64,000 nt of DNA from the human T2T-CHM13v2.0 reference genome, Homo sapiens. A program made the translations under genes and the position numbers. The notes beneath the pieces are model-generated. The model was not told the DNA's origin. It did no database searches and saw only the letters and a list, made by a program, of their open reading frames with translations. Shown piece after piece: positions 1 through 14,219 of the stretch (the stretch's first letter is position 1; each line of letters starts with the position of its first letter). Location of the stretch: positions 32,800,001 through 32,864,000 of the forward strand of contig CP068257.2 in assembly GCA_009914755.4 (NCBI GenBank), written 5' to 3'.

Positions 1-119
1 GGCAAAATCTCATGGATTCAATTGATAGCACAGGTCATCAACTGACATGCAGACGGAATTCTCTTGTGGAACAAGACAATACAGCCATTGCTTAGAGACT
101 AATTGTCAAGGAATTAGTC

Positions 120-335
120 ATTTCCTGTTTCAGAATAGCATCATCACCACCACCATTAATGCCAACATCAACCACCACCACCTACGCCACCACCGTTAGC
201 ATCATAACCACCACCAATAACATCACCAACAGCAACACTGCCATCAACATAAACCATCACCACCACCAAAACCATTAGCATCACCTAGAACCACCAGTCA
301 CCACCATCACCACTTACCACAACAAGGCTTATATT
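120..335. repeat. Low-complexity CA-rich tract (degenerate ACCACC/ATCACC)n
   Basis: accaccaccattaatgccaacatcaaccaccaccacc...caccatcaccacttaccacaac. Confidence 0.7.
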
Positions 336-574
336 TACATACTTATTTTACTTTTCGAAATACATTCACATGCATGGTTTCATTAGATCTTATCTACTTG
401 GTAAGGTTGGCAGATCTGACATCATTAGCCTCATTTTATCTGTATGGAAACTAAGTTCTAGAGAAGCGAAGTGATGTGTGAAAGGACACCAGAGTGATTG
501 ATAATCAAATCCAGACTAGAGTTTGGTTCTTCTGACTCCAAAATTAATACATTTTTCTTAAAAGAAAAAAATTT

Positions 575-1190
<616 letters not shown>

Positions 1191-1749
1191 AATGCTTTTT
1201 TTGTCGTACCTAATTCTTTCAATGAAAATGAAGAATTTCCAACTTCTGATATTAACAACTTTGGTCCTATATTCAAGCTAGAGTCTTTCAAATAAAATAG
1301 ACTTTTAAAACCATCTGTCTCCAAACCCTAAATGTCTCAGGTGAGCAACTAAGCTGCTCAGTTTATGTGACTCCCCAGAAGTTGAATTTTAACCCAGAAC
1401 TGACTCCAAGTTCATTCTTCTTTCCACGACAAGGAGTCACCTCCTTGTATGCCCCCAGGAGTCTCCCGGATTCCTCCGAGAACAGTGGAATAGTGCTCCT
1501 CCCCAGAGCACAGGTTTTGCCAGTGAAGATTGAATTTGGCTAGAAACCGCTGCCCTGCTCTCTCTTCTCGAAGCACCTGGAAGTCTGAGAAGGAACTGGG
1601 TGGCTGGCTCTGGTCACAAACTAGCAGCCAGAAGCACCCCTTGTCAGTGATGCACCCCCAGTCCCCCTCAAGGGCTCCAAGTAAACCCAAAGCTGCTCCC
1701 CTCCAAGAAGTCTGGGGCCACCCTAGGGAAGGCCTCCTGGCCTTGACTC

Positions 1750-2162
1750 TCAGGGGGTCTCTGGGGTTGCGGTTTGGGGCCCGCTGCTTCCGCCCTTTGC
1801 CCCCAGGTGGGCCTGGCAGGGCTGCAGCACAGCTCTGTTGCTGATAGACAGGGTGGAGCACTTGGCGACCTTGCCCTGCAGCCCTGTCATTTTGAGTTCA
1901 GAGGTCAGATTTGAGTAATAAACATCTTCTAAGGACTTGTCATTCTTTCTGAGGATGTTGCTGGCCAGCCGGAAGACGAAAATCACCGCGTAGATGCCGA
2001 TGATGGTGAGTATATACCAGGCAGCGCTGGTTCCGTCTGGCACCTTCAGAGCCCTGGTGGAGTTGGTGTCATTCCTCCCCTCTGTGTGGTCACCCAGCAG
2101 GAGCCCCAGGAGGGTGCTGGCCTGGGTCTGGTTGGAGGCTTCATGGGGAGTCCACTTGGCCC
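1750..2162 (-). CDS. Partial CDS: 3'-terminal coding exon (137 codons + stop) of a small single-pass, N-glycosylated membrane protein; candidate SMIM34A-like gene lying between KCNE1 and KCNE2
   Basis: Minus-strand acceptor ctctctgtttctcag|GGGCC (AG at plus 2163-2164) opens an uninterrupted frame reading FSGAKWTPHEASNQTQASTLLGLLLGDHTEGRNDTNSTRALKVPDGTSAAWYILTIIGIYAVIFVFRLASNILRKNDKSLEDVYYSNLTSELKMTGLQGKVAKCSTLSISNRAVLQPCQAHLGAKGGSSGPQTATPETP*. The stop ends at 1750. Three NxS/T sequons (NQT, NDT, NST) precede a 21-residue hydrophobic helix (AAWYILTIIGIYAVIFVFRLA), which is followed by the basic tail RKNDK. That is a type I/III topology like the KCNE family. There is no in-frame ATG before the TM segment, so the start codon must lie in an upstream exon that I did not locate. 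The track ORF 1750..2043 begins at a GTG, not an ATG. The gene name is a positional guess from memory, not a sequence recognition. Confidence 0.5.
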
Positions 2163-2387
2163 CTGAGAAACAGAGAGGTCCGGATGAGATCCAGCGTCCT
2201 GGGCTGAGGGCTGCCTGGCCACACCAAGGAGAATGGAGCCCTCATATCCGTGAAAACGTGTCGCTGCTCAAAGAGGCCTTCTCTGAGGCATGAGCAGGAG
2301 TGTAACAACAGGTATGTCAATATATTTTTAAAAATCAAAAGAGTCCAAAACACTATTTTGTTGTTGTTTTGTTTTGTTTTTTGTTTT

Positions 2388-2690
2388 GTTTGTTTTAGAG
2401 AGACAGAGTCTCTGTCACCCAGGCTGGAGTGCAGTGGCATGATCATAACTTACTACAGCCTCAACCTCCTGGGCTCAATTGATCCTCCTGCCTCAGCCTC
2501 ACAAATAGACATGCAGCACCATGCCGGGCTAATTTTTTTCTTTTTTCTCTCTCTTTTTTTTTTTGTAGAGATAGGGTCTTGCCATGTTGACCAGGCTGGT
2601 TTTGAATTCCTGGTCTCAAGAGCTCCTCTCACCTTAGCCTCCCAAGCCCTGGGATTACAGGCAGGAGCCACTGTGCCCAGAAAAACACTA
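2388..2690 (-). mobile_element. Alu SINE (minus), full length
   Basis: gagacagagtctctgtcacccaggctggagtgcagtggcatgatc...cctcccaagccctgggattacaggcaggagccactgtgcccag. Confidence 0.95.
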
Positions 2691-2813
2691 AGTTCTTGAA
2701 TAGGAGACACAACATCATAAAGATGTCAGTTATCCCTCAAATAATTTATACAACAAACATAATTGCAATAAAAACAGCAATAGGATTTCTTTGTGAAATC
2801 AATAAACTATTCA

Positions 2814-3150
<337 letters not shown>

Positions 3151-3374
3151 CAAGACTAATTAGAAAAAAAAATCTGAATAAAAAGAATGACTAATGAATT
3201 AGCCTAGCCACAAATTTTAAATCAGCCAGCTATAAAAACTAATTTACATTTTTTTCAATGAATGAAAGCTTTATATGCACAAAGCCCAGCTGGGACTTGC
3301 TGGGCTTTGCAGAGTGTGTGGGCTGGGGGTTCTTCAGAACCAGGTACAACTCTCCCTATAAAACTACAACAGTG

Positions 3375-3923
<549 letters not shown>

Positions 3924-4544
3924 TCAATAGTTAGCAATTAGAATTTGATAGCTAGCTAATAAAGGAGCATTTCTGATCGGTGGGAAAAGATGAATTATTC
4001 AATATGTAGCATTGGGGGAAATAGCATTAGATCCACATCTCTCCACCATATGACCAGATAAATCGGTCCAGATTAAAAAAAAAACAGCCCAGATAAATCA
4101 AATATTTTAACATAAAAAGTGAAATAATTTATAGTACTAGAGTACAGCATGGCAGATTTTTTCTTTATCATCTCAGAGTGGAATATTCTTTTAAGCATAA
4201 CAAAAATTCAGAAGAAACAAGAAATAGAAATCAAATTCAACTACATAAAAAAAATTAAGCTATTTCATACCATAAAACCAACAGGCAGATGACAAAGTGC
4301 AATTTATATCACTGATTTTCTAAATAGCCTTCGGTTCTGTAAGAAAAAGTTTAAAACTGCAGTAGAAAAATGTGCAAAAGATATGGACAAATAGTTCACA
4401 GGGAAAAAATGAACATTCAACATAAGAAGAGCTTCTCAATATCACTCATATAAGAAAAATGCAAATTAAGATAATAACTAGATACCATTTTGTTACCTAT
4501 TGGACTTGCAAATTCATGATGTTTCAGAATAAACTAACAAAAAA

Positions 4545-4760
4545 ATGGCTTTTTTTTGTTCTTTTGTCCAGCTTAGAAGAAAGGTGTCTAAATTGGGAGC
4601 AAAGGTGGCAATGACGTGGACTTGACACCAAAAAAAATTTTTTTTAAAGAAAAGAAACAAGTGCCTCTGCATTTCAGGGGTTTAGGATTGGCATTTTTAA
4701 AATGTCAACAAATAAATGTTCATATCCACACTTGACATTTTTTCCAAGGAGAATTTTAAT
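4545..4760 (+). repeat. Copy A of a ~210-bp dispersed low-copy repeat (partner at 10335-10545)
   Basis: aatggcttttttttgt...agaagaaaggtgtctaaattgggagcaaaggtggcaatgacgtggacttgacaccaaaa...gcatttcagggg...ggcatttttaaaatgtcaacaaataaatgttcatatccacacttgacatttt; ~90% identical to the second copy. Confidence 0.85.
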
Positions 4761-4779
4761 TGTATAATTGCTGGTAAAT

Positions 4780-5130
4780 TCATGCAGCCAACATGGAGGG
4801 CACACGGACAAGATCTATGAGCATTACAAGTGCACTTACCTTTGACCCAGCAATTCTATCTCTAGGAATCTATCCTAAAGATGCTCCAGAACATCTAGAG
4901 ACAACATATGCTGAAGGTTAGTCATTGCAGTCCTCCTTGTGATGACGAATGCCTGGGAACAGCCTGAATAGCACCAACTGAGGGATGGTGAAATACATTT
5001 TGGAACCTCCATGCAGTGGAGTACTACACAGTCATAAAAAGCAATGAGTTTTTTATGGTACTGAATGTTAATAAGTGAAAAAATAAGCTAATGGTGACAT
5101 GCTCTGCAATGCCACTTGTAAAGAAGGGGG
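4780..5130 (+). mobile_element. L1 (older family) ORF2 C-terminal/3' fragment
   Basis: cttacctttgacccagcaattctatctctaggaatctatcctaaagatgc... (the LTFDPAIPLLGIYPKD motif of L1 ORF2). Confidence 0.8.
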
Positions 5131-7289
5131 AAGTTATATGTTATTTGCTTGTACTTTTTTTATGTATAGAACATCTCTGGAAGAATGAATAAGAAATTAG
5201 TATCTGCAATTGCCTCTGGGGAAGAAACCTGGGGGAAGAAGATATATTTTTTACTGTTTGCCCTTTTGTACACTTAGTACCGTGTATACTTATTTTTGAA
5301 AAGCAAGAGTGTACCAGTTGGTACTTTTCTGGTCTCCCTGGTGAGGTGCCCCTGGGTAAAGCCGTTGTATGCCCTTGTAAGACCAGAAGATTAAGATCTC
5401 AATTGCTGTTCAATTCAAAACTGTTTTCTCTGCTTGGAGAGCTGGTGGAGAAAATGAAACAATGAGAACCAGAGCTGTAGAGTGCAATCCTGTGAGACAT
5501 TTCCCAGTGGGGCCTTACTGGCTCAAACCCCCATTTCTTGCTCTAATGTGAACACAGATGTATTTAAAAACACATCATAGGATCAATCTTGCAGCCTGCT
5601 GTGCAGAACAAAGGTGCTCCAAAATGCTTCCCATTTGATCGTTGTTTGTTGCTAATTCATTTTGCGAACGCAAGACTCAGAGAGGCCAGTATTTTTTATT
5701 ATAGTTAGTTGCCAGAATGTGTGAATGAGCTTATTACTTTTAGATGAAGGAAGAAACTATTTAAAAATTACTTTTCAAACTACATGTGACAAAGCCCAGG
5801 ACAAATGAACAGATTTAATTACATAAAATTAGTCACTCGCAAGAAACAACACCACAAGCATAAATTTACACCATTGTTTGGTAGAATGGTTTGAGACATT
5901 AAAGTAAGGAAGGTGAAAAATTCCCGTAATTATTGCAACAAACAAACAGACAGCAAATCAACCCAACAAGAACACAATATCCTTATATTAGGGCAAGAGA
6001 ACTTATTGAAACTCAGAACACATGTATAAACTCATAGAACTTTCTAGAAATTGTCATAGAATGATGCAACACATTCAAATACAAATAAAATATCCCCAAC
6101 TAAGAGCTACACACAGAACATTAAATTATTTAAAAACCAGTCCATTTTCTACACGAAAGAAACTCACTATATTAATTACTGCAATACATTACATTTTACC
6201 TTTCTTACAAAGGTAAAAGTAAGTTAGGTTGTATCTTAATGGACAAACATATCCTGTAGAAGAGAGAAACTTTTTCCTCTGTGCTATTTTGTACTTGTAA
6301 TTTAATGACGTGAAATATGTAAAATCTCAACCTGCCCATCCTTGCATTGTAGCTGAGTACTCACATTCCATGGGGTGGTCTTGTCCTTGACTCTTGGAGG
6401 GGCAAGTTCAAGCGGCTACCATGCACAGAAGGGGAAGATGATGAAAGGAGAACTCCGTCTCCTAGGGAAGAATCAGTCCTACTGCAGTTGAGCTGCACTG
6501 AGTTTCCAGAGTGGGGAGTAATATGATCTTCCAACAATCTTAGGGCAGCACCAAACAGAAACTTAGTAAGTGGATGACTTTGCTTTCATGCAATTAATCA
6601 GAGGATCCGATTTGCTGTGTCTTCTGTTGCATCAGAACAGAAAGCACTTCCCAGCTTTGACTTGTTAAGAAGTTCTCAATCAAAACAAATTTTTAAAACG
6701 TGCTGGTATTAAGGAATCTCCATCTCTCAGGTCCCATCATGAACTGAGGTGGCCAGAAGCTCCCCCTGAGGCTGGCTCTCCGCTTAGAGCTTGGATGGCT
6801 ATTGAATTCCCCTGTGTTCTGCACCTGTTGCAGGTGTGGCAGATGGCCAGGTGTGGCAGAGATCTGTCATCATAGGGCCAGGAAACTCCATGGTCAAGAG
6901 TCACCAGCTTCCTCTGGACAGTCTCCCAGATGAGGAAACCCAGACAGGAAGGGAGTGACACCCCAAGGGTGACACACCTGAGGGGACTTGGGCTTTCCCT
7001 GAGGGGTCAGTGGGCAGTGGACTCCTGTGCCAGGTGGTGAGAAATGGCTCTTCTCTTTCCCAGAGTCACAGACCCCATTGGAGTTGAGGTAGGCTTAATT
7101 GGAAAGTGTTAGAGTAAGTGTCTGCGGGTAAAGTTTCCCCAGGAGCAGGGAGGGAAAAGTTGGAAGACTGGCAAGTTAAATCATCCAGCCATTGTTTCCA
7201 GTTCCATTTCTTCCTAATCCTCACTCTAGGACTCTAACTTGCCACGTTTGTGATGGTTGCTGGTTTTTAAGATACAATTTGATGAAATT

Positions 7290-7870
7290 TCCATCAATGG
7301 GGTACTGGGTAAGTAAGTTATAAAATAAGCCATATGATCCAGCAATTCTACTCCTGGGTATCTTCCCAGGAGAAATAAAAATGTAAGTTTACACAAAAAC
7401 TTCAACACACTTGTTCAAAGCAGCATTATCTGTAATAGCAAAAAATGGAAACAACCCAAATATCCAACAACTGACTAATGAATAAATAAAATGTGGTTTA
7501 TCCATACAATGGAATGTTATTCAGCAATAAACAGGAATGAAGTACTGATATATGCCATAACACGGATGAAACTTGCAAACATTGTGCTAAATAAAAGAAG
7601 TCAGTCACAAAGGACTACATATTGTAGGATTTCATTTATATGAAATGCCAAGAATAGGCAAATCTACAAAGATAGAAAGTAGATTAGTGGTTCACTAGCG
7701 GGAGGGATTGGGGGTGATAACTAAGGGTATATAGCATTTTTGGAGGGGTAATAAAACTTCTAAAATTGTGGTGCTCACTGTACACAATCTGTGAATATAC
7801 AAAAAAATTGAATGCATACTTTAAATGGATGAATTTTATGGTATATGAATTATATTTCAATAAAACTGTT
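7290..7870 (+). mobile_element. L1M 3'-end fragment, interrupted by the Alu at 7887-8175 and resuming at 8192-8340
   Basis: gatccagcaattctactcctgggtatcttcccaggagaaataaaaatgtaagtttacacaaaaac...ccatacaatggaatgttattcagcaataaacagg. Confidence 0.8.
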
Positions 7871-7878
7871 AAAAATTA

Positions 7879-8236
<358 letters not shown>

Positions 8237-9179
8237 CTATTTATGTACTGATGTATAAAGCTCTCTAAGGTGTGCTGTTATGAAAAAGGTAAAGAAGAGA
8301 GCATGTTAACATGTATCCAAAAATTGAGAGGAAGCATATATATATATATCTGATTTTGCCACTGTAAGCATTTAAAACACCAGTGGAATATCCAAGAAAT
8401 TAAGAAGAGGGGTTACCTATTGGAGGAGAGAACCAGGTAGATATATGGCAGGTGTGGGAGGGAGAGCTCTCACTAAATATTTTTATGCTTTAAATATTTT
8501 TAACCGTATGTGTATTACCTATTCAATAATAAATGCACCCATTTGTTAGATATCTTTGTTGAAGATTCATTTGGCTCCTGCTGTCTCTTGCTATGGGATG
8601 GACCATGGCATCCCCCCTCTGCCACACAGACAAGGGATTTGGACACTGCCAGTGGGACGTGGGAGGGGAGAGCACCTGACCCGTGATAATAAGGGGCTCG
8701 TGGCAGTGATAAGGGCTGGGAGTCAGGGCTCTGGCCCCAGCCACATCCTTGCTGCATGACCCTGGGCCAGCCCCCTCATCTTTGTGAGCCTCAGTTTCCT
8801 CATCTGTGAGGTGAAGGTGGTGAAGGAGGTGAAGGATGAGCAGGATCTTATGTCCTTGGTCCTGAGAAGGCAGGAGAGAAGCCTGGGGCTCTGTGTGGGA
8901 AGAGCCGCTCTCTGGGGAGGTATCTGAATAGATGAGGGAGAGCACACCGGGCAGCCAATGTGCCAGAGGTGGAGGCTTTGGAGAGTGTTTCATTTGTGAA
9001 GTCAACAGATTTAACATTCAGATCAGGAGGATGTTGGCATGAGATGTGGGGAATCATAAGCTCCAAAACAATCGTGAGACAGAAGGAAAGATGGCCTTTT
9101 GTTGAGCAGCCATTCTCCTCCACGGAGAGTCCTGTCTAGTCTGCCTGTTGAAGGGGCACTGATGTTAGGGAATAGATCT

Positions 9180-9310
9180 GTGTCAAATGCTTCCCACCTC
9201 CCAGAATCCTGTGAGGCAGGAGTATTATCCCCATTTAAAGAGAGGACACTCAGGCTCAGGGAAGTGACTGGCCCAATGTCCCATAGCTCATAGGTGCCAG
9301 AGGTGGGTCA
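9180..9310 (+). mobile_element. MIR SINE fragment (another MIR core piece at ~8770-8830)
   Basis: tattatccccatttaaagagaggacactcaggctcagggaagtgactggcccaatgtcccatagctcataggtgccagaggtggg matches the MIR consensus (tattatccccattttacagatgaggaaactgaggctcagagagg...). The piece at 8787-8812 reads gcctcagtttcctcatctgtgag. Confidence 0.7.
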
Positions 9311-9699
9311 TCCACACCAAAGTCATTCTCCTTCCATACCCTGAATGTCACCTTCACGCTGGACCCAGGATCCTGTGTGGTGAACTGTCTCGATCACTTC
9401 CCTAAAGGTTAAATCATAAACTCTTACTGCCAAGGCATATCCACGACCTTAAACTCTCCCTGTTGGGCAAAAACAATCTCTGATGTTAAAAGGCAGGATA
9501 GTGGATACTTTTCAGGGAAGGGTAAATGACAAGGGCATGAGGGGAACTCTGGGTGCCGGTCATATTCTGTTTTACAGGTTTGTTCAATTTGAGACACTTC
9601 ATAGAGCTGTAGCCTTGTGCACAGGCACTTTTTTGCATGCATCGTCTGCTTCAATATAAACCTCTTCCTGTTGTCTTGTTTTCGTTTTTGTTTTTGTTT

Positions 9700-9850
9700 T
9701 CTCTTGTTTTCTTGTCCTGCTCTGTCACCCAGGCTGGAGCTCAGTGGTGTGATCTCAGCTCACTGCAGCCCCTGCCTCCCAGGTTCAAGCGATTCTTCTG
9801 CTCGGCCTCCTGAGTAGCTGGGATTACAGAGGTGTGCTACCACACCTGGC
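9700..9850 (-). mobile_element. Alu fragment (minus), partial
   Basis: ctctgtcacccaggctggagctcagtggtgtgatctcagctcactgcagcccctgcctcccaggttcaagcgattcttctgc...gggattacagaggtgtgctaccacacctggc. Confidence 0.85.
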
Positions 9851-10334
9851 TTCCCTGTTGTTTCTTTAATGTAGAAAGCCCTGATAGATGGTGGGAAAAC
9901 AAAGTTTAAGGTATTCATAGAAAAATACAAATACTATTTTTAAGGATTCTATATCTGGCCACATGGTGCCATCTCACGAAGAGTGTCCCTGTCCCTTGAG
10001 GGGGAGTGGTCGGGATCATGGTCAGTGTGGGGCCCTGCAGCTGCCTGCTTCCCTATGCTGTGTGGATGACGCCCGCCTCCGGTCATTCCCCTGTGCTTAC
10101 ATAACAGTGAAATAGAACAACCTGTATCAGCACGAGGGCCAAGAATTTTCTTCTGACTTGTGGATACCTCCTTCCTTAGGCCTCTGATCAGTCTGGACAA
10201 ATATTGCCCTGAACGCAACCAAGCAAAGCCACTCACCTGGTAAATATTTGTATGAGCTACAGTTCTGGAAGAACAAATTCCAATATCCTGCAGTCCCCTT
10301 GACATCAAAGACCCAACTCTCCCAGAGGGCAATG

Positions 10335-10545
10335 GCTTTTTTGTCCACTGAGAAGCCAGTCAGCTTCGAAGAAAGGTGTCTAAATTGGGAGCAAAGGTGG
10401 CAATGATGTGGACTTGACTCCAAAAGAAATTTTAAAAAGAAAAGAAGTGCCTTTGCATTTCAGGGGGTCAGTATTGGCATTTTTAAAATGTCAACAAATA
10501 AATGTTCATATCCACACTTGACATTCTTTCCAAGGAGAATTTTCT
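10335..10545 (+). repeat. Copy B of the ~210-bp dispersed low-copy repeat (partner at 4545-4760)
   Basis: aatggcttttttgtccactgagaagccagtcagcttcgaagaaaggtgtctaaattgggagcaaaggtggcaatgatgtggacttgactccaaaag...ggcatttttaaaatgtcaacaaataaatgttcatatccacacttgacattctttccaaggagaatttt. Confidence 0.85.
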
Positions 10546-11372
10546 AGAGGAGACAGACCTCATCGGTCAGCTCTGATGCCCTGCAGTGCAAAAAGACATT
10601 AAAAATGACGGTAAAGGACCCCTGCAGAGAACAACTGAGTCTCTTCCTTGCCCTGCGTCTCCAGATAAAGGATGCCCTGCATCCATCCCCTCCTGGCTAA
10701 GAGCACAGACTCCAGAGGCTTTTTCCTCTCCTGGAGGTTAAAGAGGCATCACATATGTTTAAAATCTTTAATTTATATGTCACCTTTGTCCTTCCTTTTA
10801 ACTTCATTTTTCTCTTATCCAGCATTTAGGGACTCATCTTTAGGGAGGTTCAAAGGAAAGCTCATGGCCTTTAGAACTGGAAGAACCATGTTCCAGTTGG
10901 GACTTGATCATTTACTAATTGTGGGATTACAGCCAAGTCACTTCATCCCTCTGCTGTAAAAAAAAAAAAAAAAACAAAAAAAAACATATGATGACATTTG
11001 TGGAATGGCTCCCCAAGCCAAAGAGGGCAAATATTGTCACAGCTCATTTCTTCTCTCAGTTAATTACTTGCGTCCTCGGCTGCCTGGCTGGCAGGACAAC
11101 CTATATTCGCCTCCCTCTTAAAGCCTCCTGGGTTGGCCAGGACTCCAAGCGGCTTTGTCCAGAATGAGTAGGGTGGTTGGCCTGGCCTCCTCAGCCAATC
11201 AGAGAGGACTAGCATCTGAACACTCCTCTGTGCTATTGCTTCTAGCTGCCACATGGGGACGCTGTTGAACACCGGCCTGGTGCAGTTGGCCATATGATGC
11301 TTCAGGGTCTTCTGAGACTTCAAGAATGTGCTCACAGGGAAGGTATTAGCTCTAAACACTTGCCTCTGCTAG

Positions 11373-11777
<405 letters not shown>

Positions 11778-12879
11778 GAAGCCACAGTTTACAAATCTGG
11801 GGGATTTGGGGCATGGGAACAGAAACAGAAGAGTCCCAATGAAAGGAAGATACCAGCTGAGCTGCCCACTCTCCCAGCTGCAGTTCTCCTGCCCACAGCA
11901 GGCCCTAGCTGGGACAGGGAGGAGCCCCAGCCTTAAATCAAATTCAGAATTTTGTTTATGACATAAGACTGCACATCTTAATTACTGAATTAAGACTATA
12001 TTTTCCAACCTATCATGACTATAGGTGCAGGGCAAGATCAAACTCCAGTGTATGTGGGGCCCGCAGAAGAGATTTAAAGAAACAGTGGGGGCAGAAATAA
12101 AGCTGTGTGGTTATCAGATCCCATGAGTCTTGTCTGTAAGGATGATGGTTACAGTCGGGATGCTCCAGAGTGCAAAGCCACATCTCAACCAGAGTTAGTA
12201 ACAAGGGAGAGTTTACTGGTTCATGTGAGGAAGAGAGAGGAAGGGGAGGGCTAGCCAAGGGGCTGGATGCAGGAAGGAGGGTCCCCAGGGTTCTCTGTCC
12301 CCCTCCTGTCTTCCATCTCTGCCTCTCTCAGCAGGTTGGCCTAATTTCCTCCGACTGCAGAGAAGCACACAAGCTGTGGCACCTGGTGCTCAGACTCACA
12401 CTGCAACACTTCCACCAGTAGATGGCAGAGAGGTACTTTCCTGCCTGTTCAGCCACGAAAATCCCAGGGGATGGCTCTGACTAGCCTAAGTCAGGAACCT
12501 GCTGTGGGCAATCACTGTAGCATTAAGATGGGGGCCAGTGATGGAGCCGGTCTGCAGCACATGCTCAGCAAAAGACAAAACCCGCCTGTTTTAGATCACT
12601 CCGGCTGCATCACAGAGTGTGGATTGAACAGGCACAGAACTGGAGGCAGAGAAACAAGTTAGGCAGCTGCAGGCATAATCCAGGCAGGAGATGACAGTAT
12701 TTGAAAGAAGGAGTGGGAGCAAGTCTGGAGAGAAGTCGATGGATCCAAGAGATTTTTAGAAGGTAGAATGTGCAGAACTTAATTAGTTGGTGCAGTGGGT
12801 TGAATGGTGTCTCCCTAAAAGATATGTTCACCTGGAACCTCAGCATGTGACCTTATTTGGAATAAGGGCTCTTGCAGAA

Positions 12880-13250
12880 GTAAGTAAGGTGAGAATCTTG
12901 AGGTGAGATCGTCCTGGATTACAGTGGACCTTGTATCCAATGGCAAATGTCCTTATAAGAGACAGAAAAGGAAAAGAAAGAGACACAGGGAAGAAGATGT
13001 GAAGATGGAGGCAGGGATTGGAGTGATGCAGCCTCAAGCCGCAGAATGCCTGGAGCCACCAGAGGTTGGGAGAGGCAAGAAAAGGTCCTCCCCTAGAGCC
13101 TTCACAGGGAGTAGCGTCCTGCCAACGCTTTGATTTTGAGCTGGTCTCCAGAACTAAGAGAGAATAGATATCTGTTTTTCTAATCCACCAAGTTTGTGGT
13201 TATTTTGATGCAGGGCAGGCAAGCCCCCAAATTGGGTTGTAGCCTGAGAG
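12880..13250 (+). mobile_element. Old interspersed repeat of the common CTTATAAGAG...GTGAAGA(T/C)GGAGGCAG...GCCACCAGA(G/A)G(C/T)TGG(G/A)AGAGGCAAG family (MER/MaLR class, family not assigned); second copy at 23760-24045
   Basis: ccttataagagacagaaaaggaaaagaaagagacacagggaagaagatgtgaagatggaggcagggattggagtgatgcagcctcaagccgcagaatgcctggagccaccagaggttgggagaggcaag...tctccagaactaagagagaatag; I have seen the same consensus across human DNA. Confidence 0.6.
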
Positions 13251-14219
13251 GGTTCTTGGGTTCATTCAGGAAGGAATTCAAGGGCAAGCTGGTGGTATTA
13301 GACAGCAACTTCTGTTGAAGCAGCAGTGGACAGCAGCAGCAGAGGTCCTGCTCTTTGCAGAGCAGGGCTACCCCATAGGCAGTGTGCCCAGAGTAGCAGC
13401 TCGAAGGCAGTTCTGTAGTCCTATTTACACCCACTTTTAATTATATGCAAATTAAGGGGCAGATTATGCAGAAAATTTTAGAAAAAGAGTGCTAATTTCC
13501 AGGTTGTCGGGTTGTTGCCATGGAAAGGGGCCGCAACTTCCGGTGAACTCCATAGTATGTGGCACACACTGGTGGGCGTGTCCCATGGAAAGGTGCTTCC
13601 GCCCTGTACCTGTTTTAGCTAGTCCTTAATATGGTCCAGTATCCGCGCCCTGCCTTTGGAGTCAAGTTCAACTTCCTACCTCAATTGATGATAGCAGTTT
13701 CTGAAAACTAACACATGTAGATATAAATATAAGTCCTTAAGTCTATCATTATTATGCATATCCTATAGGGGAGTCATCGCGAATGAAACTGAACTTATTG
13801 TGGTTCATTCATTCAGATATTTATTTAAAAATATTTATTAAAGCTTACTGTCTGCCAGTCCGATACTGCACTAGGTAAGTGCTGGGGTTACAAACAGAAC
13901 AAGATAGACAGATTAGTTGCCCGCATGGAACTTATATCTAGTGGGAAGAGAAGCAAAAAAAAAGTAAGCAAGCAATAAACAGTAAAAAAAAAAAATACTG
14001 GGATTTGAGCCATAAAAAAAGAAATAAGATGCAGAAATCAGCAATAAGGAGGTTGGGGAGAAGATCCTTCTTTAGAAAGAATTGCCAGAGAAGGTGGTTG
14101 GGATAGGCAGAAAAAATAGTAATATTCCTCTTTTATCTTCACCTATATTAGATGATCAATAGATATTTCCTGAGAAATGAAGGACTGAGTATATTATAAG
14201 AAGGTATGATTAAAAACAA

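Noticed and set aside
1530-2293. Plus-strand ORFs 1530..1844 (104 aa) and 1994..2293 (99 aa) opposite the minus-strand membrane-protein exon
   Set aside because: These are antisense shadow ORFs of the real minus-strand exon (complementary strands of coding sequence are often open). They have no TM segment or signal, are P/R/S-rich, and have no splice context.
6540-6570. Plus-strand GTAAGT (cttaGTAAGTgg at ~6565) considered as a donor for an upstream exon of the small membrane-protein gene
   Set aside because: It is on the wrong strand for the minus-strand exon at 1750-2162, and a lone GTAAGT hexamer is expected by chance every few kb.
8523-9017. 164-aa minus-strand ORF (MLNLLTSQMKHSPKPPPLAHW...)
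   Set aside because: No recognisable domain, no splice or start context. It overlaps MIR-derived sequence and overlapping ORFs in other frames. Probably a chance ORF in moderately GC-rich DNA; low-priority BLAST check only.
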